Positions 18,908-26,390 of a DNA stretch of 64,000 nucleotides are shown in pieces (the first letter of the stretch is position 1; every line of letters starts with the position of its first letter). This DNA comes from Candidatus Magasanikbacteria bacterium RIFOXYD1_FULL_40_23 (GTDB lineage: Bacteria; Patescibacteriota; Patescibacteriia; Magasanikbacterales; GWA2-37-8). The DNA is taken from contig MFRA01000005.1 in the NCBI GenBank assembly GCA_001783215.1, forward strand, positions 29,845 to 93,844, read 5' to 3'. The notes beneath the pieces are model-generated. The model saw only the letters and a program-made list of their open reading frames with translations, was not told where the DNA came from and ran no database searches. The position numbers and the translations under genes are program-made.

Positions 18908-20422
18908 TTATTCTATTTTAGCTCTAAATTGTAATGCTTCCGCCACATGTCCTAGTTGTATATTATCACTCTTTCCCAAATCGGCAATCGTACGGCTTAA
19001 TTTAAGAATACGATTATAGGCGCGAGCAGACAAATGCATTTGGGTAACCGCCGCACGTAGCAGATCTATAGATGCATCATCTAGTTTACAAAATTCTTTT
19101 ATTTCCGTATTGCGCATTTCGCTGTTGGCATGAGTATTAAAATCTTTAAATCTTGTAGTTTGGATTTCTCTGGCATCTTCTACCCTTTGGCGAATGCTCT
19201 CTGATTTTTCACCTAGTGTGTCGGAAGATAACTTTTCAAATTGTACGCGCGGTACTTCTACATGCAAATCTATGCGGTCTAGAAGCGGCCCACTAATTCT
19301 TTTTTGGTAGCGCGCAATTTGGGCGGGTCCACAAATACATTGTCTGTCTGGGTCGCTGAGTAGTCCGCAAGGGCAAGGATTTTGGCTGGCTACCAAAATA
19401 AATCTGGCGGGAAACATTAACACGCTTTGGATTCTAGAAATTGTAATCACGCCGTCTTCTAACGGTTGGCGCAAACTTTCTAGTACAGATCTAGGGAATT
19501 CTGGAAATTCGTCTAAAAATAAAACCCCGCGATGAGCAAGAGAAATTTCTCCCGGTCGTGGATATTTACCACCACCCACAAGCGATACACCTGAAGCCGT
19601 GTGATGAGGAGACCTAAACGGCCGTTCTTTTACAAATCCACTGGATAGTAGTCCGGCTACAGAATAAATTTTCGTTACTTCTAGTGCTTCGTCGGCAGTA
19701 AGTTTGGGTAATATAGATGGAAAGCTACGAGCCAGTAATGTTTTACCAGATCCAGGTGGTCCACTCATAAGTATGTTGTGAGCACCGCTAGCTGCAATCT
19801 CTAGCGCGCGTTTTACAAATTCTTGCCCCTTTATCATAGACATATCCAGTTCGTATTGGGGCGCGCTAAACTCGTTCCAGTTTTCTGGTCTATCGTATGG
19901 GGTTATAGTTTCTGGGCCAACCAAATGGTCTACCAATTGTTTTAAATTTTTAACCGGATAAATTTCTATGCCGTCTACCAAAGCGGCTTCCGGCGCATCG
20001 GCTTCGGGTAAGAAAATTCTTGTTAGTCCTATTTTTTTGGCAAAAATTGTAATAGGCAAGATGCCGTTGGTATGGCGCAGTGTTCCGTCTAGTGCTAGTT
20101 CGCCCACCAGCAGCGCGTCGTCCAAATTTATTTGTAAATCATTGCTAATTATTATTACTCCCAGCGCCATTGGTAAATCATAAGCAGGGCCTTCTTTGTG
20201 CAAGTCGGCCGGAGCAAGATTAACTAGAATGCGAAAGTTGAATGGATAATTAAAGCCAGAATTTTTGAGTGCCGAATGTATGCGATCTTTGGCTTCGTGG
20301 ATAGAAGTGTCTGGCAACCCCACAATATTGAAAGCGCTTTGTCCCTTGTTTATATCTACTTCTACATCTATAGGCAAACAATCTAGGCCAACCGCAGCGG
20401 CCGAATTTAATTTAAGAAACAT
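18908..20422 (-). CDS. comM: YifB/ComM Mg-chelatase-like AAA+ ATPase
   Basis: VGLPD, NLAPAD, GPPGSGKT, LAHRGVLFLDE, NPCPCG. Confidence 0.93.
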   Translation of the reverse strand: MFLKLNSAAAVGLDCLPIDVEVDINKGQSAFNIVGLPDTSIHEAKDRIHSALKNSGFNYPFNFRILVNLAPADLHKEGPAYDLPMALGVIIISNDLQINLDDALLVGELALDGTLRHTNGILPITIFAKKIGLTRIFLPEADAPEAALVDGIEIYPVKNLKQLVDHLVGPETITPYDRPENWNEFSAPQYELDMSMIKGQEFVKRALEIAASGAHNILMSGPPGSGKTLLARSFPSILPKLTADEALEVTKIYSVAGLLSSGFVKERPFRSPHHTASGVSLVGGGKYPRPGEISLAHRGVLFLDEFPEFPRSVLESLRQPLEDGVITISRIQSVLMFPARFILVASQNPCPCGLLSDPDRQCICGPAQIARYQKRISGPLLDRIDLHVEVPRVQFEKLSSDTLGEKSESIRQRVEDAREIQTTRFKDFNTHANSEMRNTEIKEFCKLDDASIDLLRAAVTQMHLSARAYNRILKLSRTIADLGKSDNIQLGHVAEALQFRAKIE

Positions 20423-20433
20423 AATTTACTCTT

Positions 20434-20883
20434 TTACACTTTTTTCAATCCAAACAATCTTAACATATAAATCCCCAATCCGAAAACAATCATTATATCT
20501 GCCAAGTTTATGATAGCTGTGCCGATTATAAAATAGTCTCGTACGTAGGAATAAAATAATCTATCTACAAAATTGGAAGTAGCACCGCAAAAAATTGCAG
20601 ACCAAGCTAGGAGTAAACGAAAATCACCCGCAGGTTTTTTTAATTCGGTAATAAGTAGATAAGCGACCAAAAATATTATTGGTAGGGTAATAAAAATAGT
20701 GACCTGGTTTGGTATGGGCAAACTAAAGGCGACACCGGTATTGGCAAACGGTTCCCAGCCCACACGGTTCCAGAGCAAATATGAAGCATTCCATTTGTGG
20801 ATAGAGAGCCATTTCAAAAATTGGTCAGAGAGCAAAAAAAGCCCACTGAGTAAAATAATCAAGTGGGCTTTTTTGATGGACAT
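20434..20883 (-). CDS. lspA: Lipoprotein signal peptidase II
   Basis: DQFLK, NTGVAFS, SNFVDR, VRDY, NLAD. Confidence 0.9.
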   Translation of the reverse strand: MSIKKAHLIILLSGLFLLSDQFLKWLSIHKWNASYLLWNRVGWEPFANTGVAFSLPIPNQVTIFITLPIIFLVAYLLITELKKPAGDFRLLLAWSAIFCGATSNFVDRLFYSYVRDYFIIGTAIINLADIMIVFGLGIYMLRLFGLKKV

Positions 20884-20902
20884 ATCTTTTGTCGTGATGA
20901 GT

Positions 20903-21286
20903 TTATACTTCTTGAGTAATGGTTTTTTTGCAGCTCATGCAGGAACTAGAAGTTGGGCGAGCGAGAAGACGTTTTTCTTCGATTGGTTTTTTGCAGTATT
21001 TACAGATACCATAATCTCCCTTTTTCAATCGTTCCAAAGATTGGTTGGTGTCGCGCAAAGATTTCTCTAGGTTTTCTTCTAGCGATAGATTTACTACATA
21101 GTCTGCTACCTCGGCAGCGTTTTCATCTTCTTTGTCACCATAATCAGGGAAGGCAGTATCTCCATCCGCGGCATTATTTTTAGAAAATTTAGCCATTTCT
21201 CTGTCTAGTCTGGCTTTTTCTTCCAAAAGCAGAGCCTCTATTTTTTTGAGTAATTCTGCAGAATAAGGTGATTTTATCTTTGTCAT
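20903..21286 (-). CDS. TraR/DksA C4 zinc-finger protein
   Basis: DxxDxxA-like coiled coil, YGICKYC...RLLARP...CMSC. Confidence 0.9.
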   Translation of the reverse strand: MTKIKSPYSAELLKKIEALLLEEKARLDREMAKFSKNNAADGDTAFPDYGDKEDENAAEVADYVVNLSLEENLEKSLRDTNQSLERLKKGDYGICKYCKKPIEEKRLLARPTSSSCMSCKKTITQEV

Positions 21287-21469
21287 ATAGGTCTAACTTA
21301 ATATTTATATAATACCTTATATTTGAGGGTAAAGGAAATAGCCTAGGCTAGGCCACCCCCTACGGATTAAGATCGTATTTTATCAACGATTTGGCGGGGT
21401 GTCAATAATGTTATCTAAAATAAAGAAACCCTCAGGTATGGCCGATATTTAGGCCTAAACCCAAAGGTT

Positions 21470-21943
21470 TTAATCAAGTAGTGGTTTCTGGCGCATTACT
21501 AGCCACCCATACTCCTCGCCAAGCTTTGCATGTTCGTAGAATTGACGCATTGGTCTGGGCGCTAATCCCTGGTCAAATCCGAAGATATATGGTGTGTTTG
21601 TATGTTCTCGCTTAACCAAAACGATTATCGGGTGGTCAAGGTAGATTAGCCCCAAAGACAGAGCTATGAGATGGCACTGCTCAAAGGCAAATGCTCTGGC
21701 TAGATGTTCTTCATCTGGAGTCAGAAGCCTATAGCCAAGGCTTTGCAGCTTAAACGACGCTTCGCTTGGGGTGGTCTCGCTCTGGAAATGGTGTTCGTAT
21801 AGCTCCCATTCGGTGGCATGCAAAGGCACGTCTGGTCCAGGAATATTGAAAATAAGCCTTTGCGCCATAGGCTGGCGTGCACATCCTAGAGCCAGAAAGG
21901 CGAAAACGATGGTAGAAAGAGCAAGATTGATCCGGTGGCGCAT
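21470..21943 (-). CDS. Hypothetical lipoprotein
   Basis: GGAGG SD, lipobox LALGC. Confidence 0.7.
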   Translation of the reverse strand: MRHRINLALSTIVFAFLALGCARQPMAQRLIFNIPGPDVPLHATEWELYEHHFQSETTPSEASFKLQSLGYRLLTPDEEHLARAFAFEQCHLIALSLGLIYLDHPIIVLVKREHTNTPYIFGFDQGLAPRPMRQFYEHAKLGEEYGWLVMRQKPLLD

Positions 21944-22004
21944 GTTGGACCTCCGTGTGTAGGGATTAAACAGCCTTTTTCAATTTCAAGCAAGTATATT
22001 GGCA

Positions 22005-22086
22005 ATAGGGGGCTTCGCCGCATATATTCTCATTCACTCGGAAATAGTTTGGCAAACCAACTGTTTCACTCATTCACTTCGAATAT
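22005..22086 (+). mobile_element. ~80-bp asymmetric repeat, copy A (not followed by ATG)
   Basis: ATAGGGGGCTTCGCCGCATATATTCTCATTCACTCG-hairpin-CTCATTCACTTCGAATAT. Confidence 0.75.
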
Positions 22087-22087
22087 T

Positions 22088-22422
22088 AAAAAAGGCGATC
22101 ACCCTCTAAATCAATTTGCATTGGTACAGAGGCGGATCGCCTTTACGTTGATACTACTAAGGGGAGGTACTTTCCCCTTTACGGGGAACATGTACTCTAC
22201 CTACCTTGGGTAGTATTAAAATTGACCTCAACCGCTTGTGGGTAGAGCCCTGGTGTCTTGACCCGAAGGTCTCGACTAATTAGGGTTGCCCGGGAAGAAG
22301 TTGGGCGTGCCATTGTTTCTCTGTTTTCTACAGATAACAGTTGCATACCCGCTTTCTCTTTTACAGTTTGAGAGTCATTATCTGCTTAGGAGCAGACTAG
22401 ATAAATTGTAGAATGAACTACA
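22088..22422 (-). ncRNA. Candidate ~335-nt structured ncRNA
   Basis: Consensus promoter upstream, intrinsic terminator at 22145-22088, stems incl. GACC-UUCG-GGUC and UUCCCC-GUAAA-GGGGAA; longest ORF found ~49 codons. Confidence 0.6.
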
Positions 22423-22428
22423 TAAGTA

Positions 22429-22457
22429 AGTATACACTATTTTTAGTGTTTTGTCAA
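22429..22457 (-). promoter_or_regulatory. Sigma70-type promoter
   Basis: TTGACA (22457-22452), 17 nt, TATACT (22434-22429). Confidence 0.75.
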
Positions 22458-22464
22458 CACGTTT

Positions 22465-22606
22465 GTATACACTAGTATACACAAATGCTTTTTTGGCTAA
22501 TCATAAACAAAATTATTATTTCTTATCCACATTGTAAGTGAGTTATACCCAGGCTTATCCACAGTTGTATAGACTTGTGTATACAAAAAAAGATTAGTTA
22601 TCCACT
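22465..22606. promoter_or_regulatory. Second DnaA-box cluster
   Basis: Perfect TTATCCACA at 22523 and 22555; TTATACCCA 22543, TTATCCACT 22598, GTATACACA variants at 22475 and 22576 (reverse). Confidence 0.7.
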
Positions 22607-22682
22607 TTTCAGGTGTTTATAATTGACAAAATACAATTTTTCTTATAACAATACCTTACGCAAATCACAAAGAGGGGGATTT

Positions 22683-23216
22683 ATGGAAACTTGGAGTGTT
22701 TCCAGGGTGTTTGCTTCTACGCGAGTAGTTGGTTTGTTTCTTCCCGGACAAATATTTTCCGTAAAGGATAAGTTTGTTGTTGGGTGCGGTCCCAGTACAC
22801 CCATCAGGTTTAATTGGGTAGTTGACCGGTTCCTTTGGTACTTTGGTATGGTTCCTTATTTAGTAGAGCATGGAGTTGTGCTACTGGAATGCCATGTATT
22901 GGCGAAGGAGTTCACTAGCACCAAAGACATGTTCAAGGCTGTTGGTGGCCCAGGGGATCAAGATGCCTTTGTTACCGTTCCAGAGGTATATGCCCTGCTG
23001 TTGGGCCATGCTGAGGATAGAGAGAACTGCGCACTATCTAGTAATCATGGGAATATCTTTTTTCTTCAGGGAACGCACGAATCGTCTTGGATTTTGAATC
23101 TAACCTGGTGTGAGAACTCTGGCTGGATTGTTACCTTTTGTGAGAGCCTTATTCCTCACAATTGGCTAAAAAATCAGAGAGTCTTCTCTCGTCACAAGTT
23201 CAAGCCGGCAGTATGA
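22683..23216 (+). CDS. Hypothetical protein with Trp-rich C-terminus
   Basis: AGAGGGGG SD before ATG 22683, TTGACA at 22623, terminator ~23254-23289. Confidence 0.7.
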   Translation: METWSVSRVFASTRVVGLFLPGQIFSVKDKFVVGCGPSTPIRFNWVVDRFLWYFGMVPYLVEHGVVLLECHVLAKEFTSTKDMFKAVGGPGDQDAFVTVPEVYALLLGHAEDRENCALSSNHGNIFFLQGTHESSWILNLTWCENSGWIVTFCESLIPHNWLKNQRVFSRHKFKPAV

Positions 23217-23297
23217 GTGCCAGCACCAGTTTATTAGACCTTTTTGTTGGCCGGCCGCCTTAATCCCTTCGGGATAGGGCGGCATTTTTATAATTGA

Positions 23298-23464
23298 AAT
23301 ATAGGTAAACCATATTTACTCGCACGCTCGGAAAAGTACATAAATGTACTTTTCGCTCACTTTGCTTGTAAATGAATGAGGAAATAGTTGGTTTACCAAA
23401 CTATTTCCGAGTGAATGAAATTATATGTAAAACTATATAATTGTAATATAGGTAAACCATATTT
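23298..23464. mobile_element. Two tail-to-tail copies of the ~80-bp repeat within a 20-bp direct repeat
   Basis: AATATAGGTAAACCATATTT at 23298 and 23445; reverse copy 23372-23427 nearly matches copy A. Confidence 0.7.
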
Positions 23465-23535
23465 CTTATTTGATTATTATTTTGGTGGGGGATATACTTC
23501 AATGTGGGTTTTTTTAATCATTTTTACTCAATCGT

Positions 23536-24969
23536 ATGCGCAATATTCCTTTGGCTCTTACCTACGACGATGTATTAATTATTCCAAAACGCTCATCGCT
23601 TACATCTCGCAGTGAAGCCAACACCAAAACTAGATTAACGAAAAAAATAAATTTAAATATTCCAATTGTTAGTGCCAATATGGACACTGTTTCTGAATCA
23701 GAAATGGCAATTGCTTTGGCGCGATTGGGTGGTATTTCTTTTATCCACCGGTTCATGAGTATAGAGGATAACGTAGAGGAAATAAAACGAGTAAAGCGCG
23801 CGCAAAACTTTATTGTGGCTGATCCATATACCATAGAAGCTAGTGCCACCATTGGTGAAGCCAAAAAGTTTATAGCCGCTCACGGAGTAAGTGGTTTGTT
23901 AGTAGCAGACAGTAACAAAAAATTAAAAGGCATTTTATCTAAAAGAGATTTTGTTTTTGTAAAAGATGACAGTCAGACAGTGGAGCAAACCATGACTCCG
24001 CGAGAAAAATTAGTAGTAGGAGATAGAAATACCAGCTTTGTTCAGGCCAAAGAAAAAATGATCCAAAATAAAATAGAGAAGCTGCCGTTGGTAGATGAAA
24101 ATGACAATATAGTTGGTTTAATTACTGCAGATGATATTAAAAATTTAATTGAATATCCTTTGGCCAATGTAGATTCTGATGGGCGATTGATAGTGGGTGG
24201 GTCGGTTGGTGTGCACGGAGATTATTTAGAAAGAGCTCAAGCTTTGGTAAAAGCCGGAGTTGATGTGTTAGTAGTAGACATTGCTCATGGTCATTCGGAA
24301 ATGATGTTTAATGCTATTAAAAAAATACGAGAAGTGTGCGGCGATGTGCAAATTATCGCAGGCAATATTGCTACTGCCGAGGCCGCCAGAGATTTGTGTG
24401 AAGCCGGAGTGGATGCACTAAAGGTGGGTGTAGGCCCCGGTACGATTTGTATCACCAGGCTAGTAACTGGTTGTGGTGTGCCGCAATTAACTGCGGTGTT
24501 GTCTGTAGCCGAAGTGGCCAAGCAGTATGGTGTGCCAGTAATTGCTGATGGTGGAATACAAAAATCCGGAGATATTGTAAAAGCCATTGGTGCGGGCGCA
24601 GACACAGTAATGTTGGGTGGGTTGCTTGCTGGTACCAAAGAAAGTCCGGGGCAAATAATGAACAGAGGTGATAAAAAATATAAGGTATGCCGTGGCAGTG
24701 CTAGCTTTGCCGTAGCTCAACGCAGGCAAGCGGTTAGCCAAGAAGGCAAAAATTTAAATGAAGTAGTGCCAGAAGGTGTAGAGTCGGTGGTGCTGTACAA
24801 AGGGCCGGTAGCAGAATTAATAGGGCAGTTGGTAGGCGGAGTTAAATCCGGAATGAGTTATACCAATTCACGAACTATTTCTGATTTGCAAAACAATGTT
24901 GATTTTATGCAGATAACTTCGGCTGGTGCGCGCGAGAGCGGAGCGCACGATTTGATAGATGTTAAATAA
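23536..24969 (+). CDS. IMPDH/GMP-reductase family enzyme with CBS pair
   Basis: LTYDDVL, SANMDTV, DIAHGHS, GVGPGTICITR, IADGG, VPEGVE; flap lacks Arg-Tyr. Confidence 0.9.
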   Translation: MRNIPLALTYDDVLIIPKRSSLTSRSEANTKTRLTKKINLNIPIVSANMDTVSESEMAIALARLGGISFIHRFMSIEDNVEEIKRVKRAQNFIVADPYTIEASATIGEAKKFIAAHGVSGLLVADSNKKLKGILSKRDFVFVKDDSQTVEQTMTPREKLVVGDRNTSFVQAKEKMIQNKIEKLPLVDENDNIVGLITADDIKNLIEYPLANVDSDGRLIVGGSVGVHGDYLERAQALVKAGVDVLVVDIAHGHSEMMFNAIKKIREVCGDVQIIAGNIATAEAARDLCEAGVDALKVGVGPGTICITRLVTGCGVPQLTAVLSVAEVAKQYGVPVIADGGIQKSGDIVKAIGAGADTVMLGGLLAGTKESPGQIMNRGDKKYKVCRGSASFAVAQRRQAVSQEGKNLNEVVPEGVESVVLYKGPVAELIGQLVGGVKSGMSYTNSRTISDLQNNVDFMQITSAGARESGAHDLIDVK

Positions 24970-25070
24970 GAAAAAGTATCCTTAATTTCTGTAGTTTGGT
25001 ATAATATTTAGGTAACCTGTTAATTTTTAATTACCTTTATTTACTTTTTGTAGAAAAGTAAACTTTTTTT

Positions 25071-25706
25071 ATGCCAAAGGCTGCTGGGCCAGAAAAATAT
25101 TTGGCCTTTCCATTAGAAAAAATTAGAGGTGTGTTGCCGGAACTAAAAGAAGCAGACATAATCTTTGTTCATCACCACCGCAGCTTTATTAGGTATTTGC
25201 TGCGAAAGATTATGCATAGCTACTGGGATCATGTGGCGCTGGTTTTGTTTACAAAAGATGTTGAAAAAGGTCAGTATTATAACCAGATAATCGAAGCCTC
25301 TTATCCGCGTGGCATCGAAATCCACAAGCTAGAAAAATATTTACGCGATCCAAGCAAGTATGATATAGCCATAAAACGCGTGCCAAATTTGGATGCTCCT
25401 ACGCGTAGAAGAGTTACGGCATTTATGCTTATGAATGTAGATGCGCCATATTACAAAGCCTCACTTATCGGAATGATTTTGGCAGCATTTTCCAAAAAAT
25501 TTAGTTTAGCGTTTTTGGCGCAGCAAAGATTTTGTAGTAGCGGGTTTGTGCAAAAATCTTTTTATGAAGCTTCTAATTGGGACGAAAGAGAAAAGTTTAT
25601 TTTTAGAACCGACCACCTGTCTCCTTTGGAGTTAGAAGATTTAACCACGCCTGCCGATATCGCAAATAGTGACAAGACTGTTTGGGTATATAACAAAAGG
25701 GTATGA
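25071..25706 (+). CDS. Permuted papain-like amidase (YiiX/YebB, NlpC/P60)
   Basis: ADIIF, SYWDHV (His), PY, FCSS (Cys), TPADI. Confidence 0.8.
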   Translation: MPKAAGPEKYLAFPLEKIRGVLPELKEADIIFVHHHRSFIRYLLRKIMHSYWDHVALVLFTKDVEKGQYYNQIIEASYPRGIEIHKLEKYLRDPSKYDIAIKRVPNLDAPTRRRVTAFMLMNVDAPYYKASLIGMILAAFSKKFSLAFLAQQRFCSSGFVQKSFYEASNWDEREKFIFRTDHLSPLELEDLTTPADIANSDKTVWVYNKRV

Positions 25707-26326
25707 GAAAGAAAGAACTGAGAAAAATACGAGAAGAGTCTTGGGCAAAGATAGAGCCAAAACTGCAAGTAGCAGATATTATTTTATCTCAAGAAAAATC
25801 ATGGCTCTCTCGTAGCATACGAGATGCCACCAACAGTTATTGGAGTCATGTCTCTATTGTTTTTTCTGTGCCGGACAAACACTTTAGCAATACCTTGGTA
25901 ATTAGCGCCGAAAGATCTGGAATAGAGATTCACCGCCTTCAAAAATATACAAACAGGCTAGATTTCTATGATTTGGGCGTAAAAAGAATACCTGGCCTTT
26001 CGAGCAAAACACGCGGGATGGTTTTGTCTTATGTTCTAAACAACGTGGATCTGCCATATGACTATGGTCGGCTATTTGGTTTGTTTTTGGGGTATTTGGG
26101 TACTAGATTTTTGGGCAAGAAAATATATCACCCTGTTTGCAACGAGGGTGCTTTTATTTGTAGTGCTTTTATTCAGAAGGCTTTTTATAATGTTTTGCCG
26201 GAAAACAAAAAAGACTCAGTTGTGTTTAAGGCTAAAGATATAAATAAATTCTTTTTGGAAGAAGTAACGCCGGCCGATATTGCTCGCAGCAAAAATTGCG
26301 AGTGGTTGTATAATGAGCAGCCATAA
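25703..26326 (+). CDS. Permuted papain-like amidase paralogue
   Basis: ADIIL, SYWSHV, PYDY, FICSAF, TPADI; ATGA overlap with upstream gene. Confidence 0.82.
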   Translation: MRKKELRKIREESWAKIEPKLQVADIILSQEKSWLSRSIRDATNSYWSHVSIVFSVPDKHFSNTLVISAERSGIEIHRLQKYTNRLDFYDLGVKRIPGLSSKTRGMVLSYVLNNVDLPYDYGRLFGLFLGYLGTRFLGKKIYHPVCNEGAFICSAFIQKAFYNVLPENKKDSVVFKAKDINKFFLEEVTPADIARSKNCEWLYNEQP

Positions 26327-26390
26327 ATCGGGCTATTTTCAAAATTTTTTCTTTATGATAGGGTAAGTTGAAATTATAAGATTTCAGCTT

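Noticed and set aside
22088-23216. Diversity-generating retroelement (ncRNA as template repeat for the 22683 gene)
   Set aside because: No sequence similarity between the RNA and the 3' end of either neighbouring gene; no reverse transcriptase in the window.
23220-23535. Purine riboswitch upstream of the IMPDH/GMPR gene
   Set aside because: No aptamer consensus seen; the region is explained by a terminator and the repeat doublet.
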